Part shown: in pieces, positions 55,008 to 64,000 of the stretch
Position numbering within the stretch: position 1 is the stretch's first letter
How the letters are laid out: the number at the start of each line of letters is the position of its first letter
NCBI RefSeq assembly: GCF_006345805.1
Contig: NW_021825821.1
Span: forward strand, 310,001-374,000
Direction of reading: 5' to 3'
Source of the DNA: Octopus sinensis
Lineage: Eukaryota
Length of the DNA stretch: 64,000 nt
Notes under the pieces: model-generated
Database searches by the model: none
Told to the model about the DNA's origin: nothing
Seen by the model: only the letters and a program-made list of their open reading frames with translations
Made by a program: the position numbers and the translations under genes

Positions 55008-58000
55008 ATGGAAGATTTATGTAATTTTTTAATATAAAAATATAATAGTAAAGAAATATTCAATTATATTTCCATACAAAAGCTTTAATTCTATTCAAAG
55101 TCAAATTTTCAGGGATGTTTATCAAAACAATTTATCGTTTGTTCTGAGAGCTCCTACAGGCTCAGGGAAAACAGTTGCATTCGAGTTAGCAATCATTCGT
55201 CTGTTCGAAAATTCCATAAATACTAAGGAAATTAAAGTCGTTTACAGTTTGCTAAGCAACTCACTTCCAGTCGCACCCCTCAAAAGCCTTTGCAGAGAAA
55301 GAACCTTAGACTGGAAGAAATTTACTTCGATTAATTTAAGCTGCTGCGAGATAACAGGAGACTCAGAAGAAGAAAAAATCTCAGAATTGAATTCCTCTCA
55401 AATAATAATTTCAACTCCAGTCAATGATTCATTTTATAAAATAGGAAAAACTTGAAGGAATTACTAAAAGAAAAGATTTGGCATATTTTTTCAGAGAAGT
55501 AGATTTAGTTCTCATCGACGAAGTTAAAAATAAATATCGAATTTCCCAGATTCACACTATAAGTGAAGACAACAGAGGCGCAGTGCTCGAGGTGGTTGTC
55601 ACCAGATTGATGATGACTTTGAATATTCGATTTATTGCCGCCTCAGCCACGATAGCTAACATAGACGATGTTTATATAGTTCTAGCAAGTATTTTAGATA
55701 TCAAATTGGCTTTCCTGTAACAGCCCTAACGCAGGACATTATTGCAGGTAGTCTGATCATAAAATTGTCAGAATTGATGAGAATAGACGCATTGTTCCAC
55801 TCAAAAAAATAGTTTTGGGCTTTTCTCAAGGCTATCGATGTGCCGACTTTAAATTTGACATATCCCTTAATTATAAGTTGGCAAATATCATTCAAAAATA
55901 CTCCAATAATAAGCCAACTCTGATTGTAGTCGTATATTCTCATCTTCAAGTTCTGTTCGACTCGTAAAAGTACATTAATGGCTGCAAATGTGCTAATAAA
56001 CGAATGTTTTGTCACCGATATGAATATTTTGTCTCAGCTTGACAATTTTTCCGACAAAATCAAAGACAAGGGATTAAAAAGTACATTTCAACCAAAATTT
56101 AACATTTTAAGGTTACGTTCGTAAAGGAATAGGCCTTCATCACGCAGGATTAGATTACGATGATCGCCGCTTGGTTGAAGAAATGTTCAAGTCTCAACTC
56201 TTGTCGATTCTTCGTTAATGAATAACCAACCATATTCTAGTTTGCACATCCAGTCTGTCCCAAGGAATCAACCTCCCAGCCCACTTGGTTATAATAAAGT
56301 CGACTTTCCATTACAACAATGGCCAAATAAGACCTTACGATGACTGGCAATTGATGCAGATGATGGGTCGGGCAGGCAGGCCACAGTACGATGACTGTGC
56401 CACTGCGGTTATTATGACTAAAGAGAACTTGGTGGGAAAATATCAGAGGTTTGTAGACGAATCTCAGTCCTTGGAAAGTCGGTTGTTTAAATATAAGCAA
56501 AATCTAAGGTTGGGACAGTGTTTAGCTGAGTATATCAACGTGGAAGTGACAATCGAGACAATTACAAATTTAGACGAGTTATTTTCCTGGATTAGATCGA
56601 CTTTTCTTTTTGTTCGTTGTGTAAAAAATCCGAAATTTTATGGTAAAGAGCAAATATTCTTATTACAACAATTAGGCTTAGGTTTGAACTCAAGTTCTCC
56701 TGAAGAGATAAGAAACAATTTAATAAGTAGAAAAATATTTGAATTTTTATTTTTAGAAAATTGTCAGAAAATTTTTGAAGAAATGAAAAATGAAAATATA
56801 GTCCAAGTAGACAACCAAAAGATACAAAAAACAAGTAACTATAAAAATCTCATTTCAAGGTTTGGGAGTTCTAATGGCTAAATACAACGTAAGTTTTAAA
56901 ACAATGAAACATCTCAAATTGTTGAAAAATGATAACTCTTTGGAAGCTCTGGTTTGTTTTAAAATAAGTGTTGATTTTAGTTATTGAGAATTATCCATTC
57001 TTCTGAATTTCAAGACTTTCCACTACGACGAAGTGAGAAAAAAACTCTCAACGAACTAAATAAATCAAAAGAAAATCTTTCGATTCGTTTTCCCATCAAA
57101 AAAAGAATAAAAACCGCTTCAGATAAAATAAACTGGTATTTTCAAATTTTAATCGCAGCGTTATCCAAGCTGTGTTGGGTTCTTTGAAAATTGAGGATTT
57201 CGGAATTATTCAAGACTCTTATAACCTTCTCCGCATCGGCGCAAGAATCAGTCGATGTGAGAATTGGGAGTTTATTTGTAGTCTTTTTTGAACTTGTTTA
57301 TGAACAGAACGACGATTATGAGATGGTTAAAAACGCAGCAACTTTAGCTAAATGTCTACAAACTCAACTTTGGGAAAACTCTCCATTTCTGAGCCGACAA
57401 CTTCCCGGAATAGGTTTTAGATAAATTTGAGATAACCTCAAACTCAGGACAGACATTAGCTGTCCTGTTATCCCGTTGTGGTCTTACGAATTTTACTAAG
57501 CTCGCCAGTTCTTCCGCAGAACACCTTGAAGCGGTCATTCTTTAAATAATGAATTAAATATAGATATTACATAGAAATCGACCTTTCGGTAAGGTCCTGC
57601 TGGACAAAATTAAGACTATTCCTAAATTAGAACTGAGTGTAGTCCAGGAGGTAGCTTGTCTAAATATTATAGCCACAAAATTTACATTCACTCCAAATAC
57701 AGATTAAATGTTTAAATCCAAGCAATTTAAACACGAGAAATTCATTTTTGTACATTTTGTTGATTGGGTCTAAACAGAATCGACTACTTTTCCGAAGAAG
57801 GATTACGTAATTTAATTACAACCAGGACTGTTAGGGGAAGGACAATGCACGGAGAGGGGATGTGGAAATCCAATTTGTTTGTCAATGACATTGAATACTT
57901 TCCTTTGGAGATTAGCTTAATTTGTCTTCACATGGGTTTATCTACAACGGATATTTTTAGTTGGAATTGATATTTGTGTCTCCTACGTTTCACAACCAGA

Positions 58001-59045
58001 GACAACAAACAAACAAGAAATCCCCCAAAGACTAACACGGCCAATTGCAATTGTGGACGAAAATAAAAAGTCCGAAGACGCTGAAGAACTTAATTTTGAT
58101 CTTGACTGTTCAATAGGCGACAGTATTCTTTCAGAAGAACCTATCAAAGACAATAATCAAACCAACAACAGAAATCGTCGTATAACAGATTATTTCTCTA
58201 CATATTCTAAAACAAATTCTACAGAAACAACAAACAACGCTTCTTTTAAAAGCAAAAAATCAGTTTTCTCTGCTAAAAACAAGGAAAAACAGATCAAAGA
58301 ACGTTCTAACCAAGACTTAAAAGACATTCCAGTTGAACAGTCTACCAAACTTGATGAAAGTAATAAAAACAGTTTTATTCCAAATAATATTACTGTGGAA
58401 AACTCGATCAACAAATCTGTCAAAAATATCAACAACTCAATCGTTATATCAAAACAAAAATATTCGAAAAAATCTTCAAATGACTTTTTGAATTTTATCA
58501 AACAAAACAAAAACTTATCAATTCAAACAGCGAGAGAAGAAAGTCTATCTCAACCACACATGAGCGTCAATATTAAAGAAGCAAGTAATGGATTTGTAGA
58601 TGCAAATTGTACAACCAATTCTCAATTGAATTCTAAAAATACAAACGACAATGATAAAAGACAGGAAAATGAGTCTTTTGATGAAATAGAATGCACAATG
58701 ACTATCGAGCTAATAGACAGTAGTAATATTGACAATTACATTTCAAATAAAACTAAACCCACCAACAAACAAACTGAAAATGGCAATAAAAGCACCTGCA
58801 TCCAAAGAAAAAATTTGATAATCGATAAATACAGTCAAAAAAAGAAAAATTTCCGGTCTCATATTTTCGATATTAAAAAACCAAAAAATAATTTGAATCA
58901 GCAAGAGTCGCTTGAAATTCTCCGAGATGTTGACGATTTTATAAATAACAGAAAAGGAATGAGTCTTGAGATTTTGAGTCAAAATAAAAGAAAGATGCTC
59001 TCAATTAGCAGCGACAATAATAAGTTGATGGCTACGATTGACTAA
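55008..59045 (+). CDS. HFM1: Meiotic DExH helicase HFM1/MER3 with Sec63 domain and long Asn/Lys-rich tail
   Basis: APTGSGKT, DE|IH, SATIAN, FCSTRK, GIGLHHAGL, QGINLPAHLVIIKST, QMMGRAGRPQYD, LWENSP..RQLPGIG; the frame is intact after splicing. Confidence 0.95.
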
Positions 59046-59099
59046 ACATTGTTTTACGTTTTTGTTTTAATGTTACAAATTTATCACAATTCATATTTG

Positions 59100-59680
59100 T
59101 CAGGACATTAAAACCTGTCATCAAAACTTAGCCAGTTTTTCCTTTAGTTTTCGATTTTTCATAATATTAAATCCAAAGTCGTAAAATTCTTTAAGCAATT
59201 TAACAAAATCTTGCGTTTCTCTTGCAAATTTTTTAACAATTAAGGCTCAACTTTTTTCCAATAGAATTGCAACCATAAAGTACAGTGACTCATTTTTTCC
59301 CATGTTTAAAGTCGAAAATGTGATCATTTATTTAATAAACGACTTTAGTGGAAAATGTTTCTCCGAAAATTAATATAAATCTCAGATCATGTCGCTTTTT
59401 AAATTTGTCAAGCCAGCGGATTGATGTTTTGAAAGTGTTAAAATCAATTTTGAAGCCGTATTTATAAGAAAACTGGACGTTCAGGAAATGATTTTGAATG
59501 TTTGAATTCTAAAAGGGCACAATACGATATGCAAGGAAAGCTTTCGGTGTTTGGATTTACTTGCATTGACCGTTAATTTTGGCCTCACTAAAAGTAGCAT
59601 ATGAAGTTTTTTCAACCAATTTAGTGAGGTTTGACGACCATTGCAAAAACGCACTGGAAGTTTTTGTTCCATTTGAAAAA
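59100..59680 (-). mobile_element. pogo/Tigger N-terminal (CENP-B HTH) remnant
   Basis: KING...IQ..KA....FKTSIRWLDKF. Confidence 0.5.
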
Positions 59681-59823
59681 ACTTAGATATATAAATCTAG
59701 ATTTTTTTCTCTACTATATATAAAAATAAGTACCGAAACGTTCGTAACGCTGAAAATAATTCTCAGAGTTACAGGAATATGCTTTACCATGATTACACAT
59801 GGAGGCATAACAAAGTAGTAAGG

Positions 59824-60700
59824 CAGCGTTTCTCAACCTTTTTTAATAAGGATCCCCAAAGTGCTTTAAAAAAATTTCAAGGACCCTCTAGTATCTATTT
59901 TATCTTAAACAAGAATTAAATCACATCTTGTTTATAAAAATTTATAATGTAATTAAACTGCCTAATGCGACTTTTGTTCTTGCATTTTAGAGATTAAAAT
60001 ATCAATGTTCGGTTTTGTCTCAGATAGGGCAATACGTAAATCATCTTCTACTTTAAGACGATTTCGATACTTTGATTTTAAATATACAAAATACCACATT
60101 GCCGTTTCACATAGATATTTTGTGTGAAATGGAATTAACTTTTCTAGGGCTATTAAACTGAGTAATGAATATACAGTTCTTAGTTAACGCCACAATTCCA
60201 TTAATATACTGTTTTTAAACAATGTCAAAGCACTTTGAGAGCTTTTTAATTCAATGAGGGATTCTTGAATTTTGAGATCGTCATCTACATTCACGAGAGA
60301 AAGGAAGGGATTTACAATCAAATCACAAACAGAATTTTGTGCAGGAAAATAATTTTCAAATTTCTCAACAAGATTTTCAAGATGTTCATCAATAATTTCC
60401 AACAACGAATTATCGGGATCTGTAATTCGATAAAAAGTTTCAAAAAGAGGAAACATTTATAATTCATTGAGTTAAATCAGTTTGTGAGAGCTCGAAGGTG
60501 CACATTAAAATAAACACCCCAAATACACACCTTGATTGTTGTGCAGCAAAATAAACCAGACATGTTGGTCTGTGATATGGTAACTGGGGAGATTGTGAAG
60601 GTAGGCATCAAATGTCTACATTCCATGTGCATGAGATGGACTGGTCACCAAATACTAAAAAAATTAAGGCAGTAGGGTGTAGATCAGTCCCTGTAAGCAT
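59824..60700 (-). mobile_element. Buster/ZBED5-like hAT remnant with one TIR
   Basis: CAGCGTTTCTCAACC terminus at 59824; reverse-strand HLENL...FENYFP, I.NPF and PF.TKYLCE.AM..F.Y.KSKYRNRL. Confidence 0.7.
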
Positions 60701-61383
60701 GAAAACTCAGTAATTAGTTAAGCAATTAAAAAGATTCTTGTATCAATAAAGCTTCGAACTCCCATAATCGTTAGTTAGCAGCTTCGAACTCCCTGACATG
60801 CAGGAAGCCGACTGGTAAACAAACCTCAACTGAGGCTATTATCAGTGAGGTTGATCTTCGGAATTTACTTGTATTCCTCATATCGTCGATGCTAAGAAGA
60901 AGACTTGAAAGAATTTTAAAAAATAAATGAAAACTTATTGTAACAGACAAAATTCGAAATATCAATGTAATGCCAATAAATTGACAAACTCAAAGAAGTT
61001 TGATAAAGACAAAAAAATAACCAAAAACATGACAATTTATTTCCAGTGAATGTGGACATTTTTTAACCAAATATACAAAACTAAAATGTTCTTCTACTCA
61101 ATGTCCTTCCATACTCCTCACATAACATACCTGGGAGAAATGGATTTGTTTATGCAAGTAGTCGCCCAGTCCCGTCTGTATGTTGTGTTGATCTGGCAAA
61201 CAAAGATATTGGAACCGGGAATCACTATTGTCGAGAAAAGGACGTGTGATTCTCGCAAGACTTCGCTGCAAAAGGGAGTACGTGATGGCGTAGATTTGGA
61301 GGAGTTCACAATATAATTTGTATTTAAATTTTTAATAAAATTTAAAACTTCTAATAAAATAATTTTTGTTAGAAGTTGTTGTA

Positions 61384-62849
61384 ATGTCTTTTAACAAAAA
61401 TGTTAATTATGTTAATTCAACTGCTGGTGCTGTTCCATTTAAGAATAAAAAAGGTATTAATTCCAAAAATACATCTCATAGGTGAAATATCTATGCAGAA
61501 AGTAAAAGTCCAGCGTTATATATCAGGACGAAGGTTCCTTAATATCATTAATTCCTAGGCCTAATTTCGATACAGTAGAAGATCACGAAGAGATCAAAGA
61601 GGAGGAAGTAAAAAATATCAACACAATTCCTAATTTCATATCTACATATGCCATATCTGACATAAATATCAAAAAAGAAATGGAAAATTTAGAGTTTGGC
61701 CCTCAATTTATTTATATGTTAGTCTAAATAAAGAAATCAAAAAAGAAAATGACTCGGAAGACGAAGATCACTTATATGAGAAGAGACAAATGCTGAGGCA
61801 ACAAATTTTGGACAAAAAACACGAACCTGAACCGGAATCTGAGGAGGAAGACGAATTTGTCTCAGGTAGTCATTACTAAATAGCATATTTTGTTAGAATA
61901 CGAGGAATATGAAGAAATTGTAGAAGAGGAGGTGAAACCTTTGCCCAAACCGGTGTTTGTGAGCAAGAAGGACCGCATAACGTTGAAGGAGTTGGAAGAG
62001 AAAGAAGAATTGGAGAAAAGATTGGAAATTGAGGCCATTAAAATAAGAGAAGAACAAAGACAGCATTCATTAAGAGTAAATTAATATTTTTGTTGACTTT
62101 CAAGTTGATTGAGGAGGGGAATAGAATTGGAGCAAAGAAAAATCCGGCTCCTACACAAATTGACGAGATTGACTCCGAGGACGAAGATGATGAAATTGCT
62201 TATAAATGTTGGGTTCTTAGGGAGATGAAAAGACAGAAAATGGACAAGGAGGAGGCTGAAAGGCATTAAAATGTTAAAATTTGTTTTTTTAGAATTGAAA
62301 AAGAAAGATTGGAAAATGAACGATTCCACAACATGACTGAGGAGCAAAGACAAGAAGCTTTTAAAGCGCTTGGTGGCAAAAAAACAACAAATAAACAAGA
62401 GCGCGGAACAATGAAATTTCTGCAAAAATATTTCCATCGAGGAGCATTTTATTTGGTTGGATTACATAACTCATTTAGTGTAGGATGAAGACGAAGATGT
62501 TCTAAAACGTGACTTTAATCAGCCAACATTGGAAGACCATTTTGACAAATCAAGACTGCCTAGTGTTATGCAGGTTAGCCATTTATGAATTGCTATTTTA
62601 TTATTTTTAAAAATAAAAATTAAGGTAAAAAATTTTGGTATGGCTGGGAGAACAAAATATACTCATTTGGTGGATCAGGATACGACCGTCTTCTATGATT
62701 CTCCGTGGGGAGACGAATCTAAGGGTGGAGTCAGATCCGTCGGAGGAATTGGAGGAGTTCGGGATCGCCAGGTCTTTGTAAGGCCTTCTGAAAAACGGAA
62801 ACAAATGACGTTTGATCGTCCTTCAGCATCTAAGAAGAAATTGAAATGA
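61384..62849 (+). CDS. MFAP1: Spliceosomal protein MFAP1
   Basis: STAGAVP.KNKK|GEISMQKVKVQRYISG, PKPVFVSKKDR, KYFHRGAFYL, PTLEDHFDK..LP.VMQ|VKNFG.AGRTKYTHLVDQDTT; GC-AG intron at 62263-62292. Confidence 0.95.
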
Positions 62850-62949
62850 TTATATTTTAAATGGAAATATTTTTTCCCAAATATCCCATTGACTATTAAG
62901 ATTTATTAAAGAGAAAAATTGTTCGCATGTACTTCCAAACATTGACAAA

Positions 62950-63650
62950 TCTTTCCAGCTAAGGCTGTTAAGTTGGGATAATTCGGCGAAAGATATTTTA
63001 TAAAGCTGTCTAAGCCCAAATTTATTTTTCAGATCTCAGTCATATTTCAAATCAATTATTTTCAATTGCAAGTTTGTTGAATGGTGATCAAAAAACAGCA
63101 AATTCCTTTTCAAGTTCACGGAAAATTTCAAAACGTGTCTCAAATTGTTGAAGCAATCCTGTTATTTTCTCTTTTCATCAACATTAGATGTAGTGGAAAT
63201 TAAACTTTTTAAACAAGTAAAATTCAAGTGTTTCCCATTGTCAATTGTGTCTTCCATAACATTAGTATCGTGGTGAAAGTATTCGAAATACTATGTAACA
63301 ACTTTATTTCGGCCTTTCAAACTTGTGTTAAGCGTGTTCAGATGTTCTGTAATATCCACCAGAAATACTAAATCTAGCAACCAATCAAGAGATTCCGAAT
63401 TCTGGTAAAGGTTTCTTTTTTTGCAAAAATGAACTGTTTGGTTTCTTTTCTTAAATCAAAAAATCTCTTCGATACCACACTTCGATTACTTCGGAATGAT
63501 ATACTAATTCCTAAGTACAACCAATATTGCTGAGAAAATTTTAAAATTGTTAGGCCTCTTGCACAAATAAAATTTATCGTGTGAGTGATCACATTCATTA
63601 CATAGTCCATTTTTAACGATTTGGTGGAGAGTACCTACTGGTGAAAAATA
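62950..63650 (-). mobile_element. SPIN/GTF2IRD2-like hAT transposase remnant related to 11510-13058
   Basis: MDYVMNVI..INFI.ARGL, RFFDL and QQFETRFEIFRELEKE..PNLTALAGK. Confidence 0.75.
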
Positions 63651-64000
63651 CAGTGAAATATCTAAAAATCAAATCCTCTATTTCCACCCCGTATCTTCTC
63701 TCTGAATTGAGCCACAACGTTAGTTTTTTCCCCAATCATTGATAAAGGATCATCTGGAATCACACTAACAGCACGAGAGATTTGAATATTTTATTTACTG
63801 TAGTAATGTTCATCATATACCAAATCAAGGAATTCCAAATTCTCGTTTACACCACGAACAAATTAGCTAATTAAACCATATTTGTAGTGTCAGTACTCTA
63901 GTCAAAGAAAAGGTAATGAATGAACTGCTTTTTCGTCTTGAGTTGATTATGAAAATCAGTAGCAAAATCCTATTGCCCATAGTATTTCTTGTAAGGCTAA

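Noticed and set aside
61050-61316. MSS4/RABIF- or RPL37-like small gene
   Set aside because: Only a weak motif resemblance (KILEPG; TDGTGR); the required Cys residues are absent. Left unassigned.
61120-61325. U1 snRNA (ACATACCTGG start and an ATAATTTGT Sm-like site)
   Set aside because: No loop I GAUCACG or loop II AUUGCAC, wrong spacing, and no stem-loop after the Sm-like site.

Overview
AT-rich eukaryotic genomic DNA from an animal. Liprin-alpha, a CACNB SH3 remnant and a CCG-type tetraspanin support this. Host genes are cut by very many ultra-short spliceosomal introns (mostly 22-31 nt), which is why the six-frame ORF track is fragmented. Such micro-introns suggest a reduced parasite such as a dicyemid or myxozoan; this is inference only. 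Splicing by hand gives apparently intact genes: EXOSC3/RRP40, a divergent GSK3, CAPZA, an SLC7 amino-acid transporter, a compact liprin-alpha, VAC14, a tetraspanin, COPZ1, GCN2/EIF2AK4, HFM1/MER3 and MFAP1. About 4.6-38.6 kb is mostly a transposon graveyard. It holds many CRE-like restriction-like-endonuclease (REL) non-LTR copies, RTE-, R4/NeSL- and jockey-like reverse transcriptases (RT), two long-TIR Tc1 elements, hAT, pogo/Tigger and Ginger-like integrases. It also holds a four-level nested insertion, intron-containing pseudogene fragments (BLM/RecQ, CACNB) and a hairpin-rich 140-bp tandem array. The strongest oddities are a GT-TG intron in GSK3 with an in-frame alternative AG, three obligatory GC-AG micro-introns, a transposon integrase with a host-type 26-nt intron, and the 140-bp array. 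No prokaryotic features, CRISPR array, rRNA or tRNA were recognised. All gene models were built by eye and need RNA-seq confirmation.
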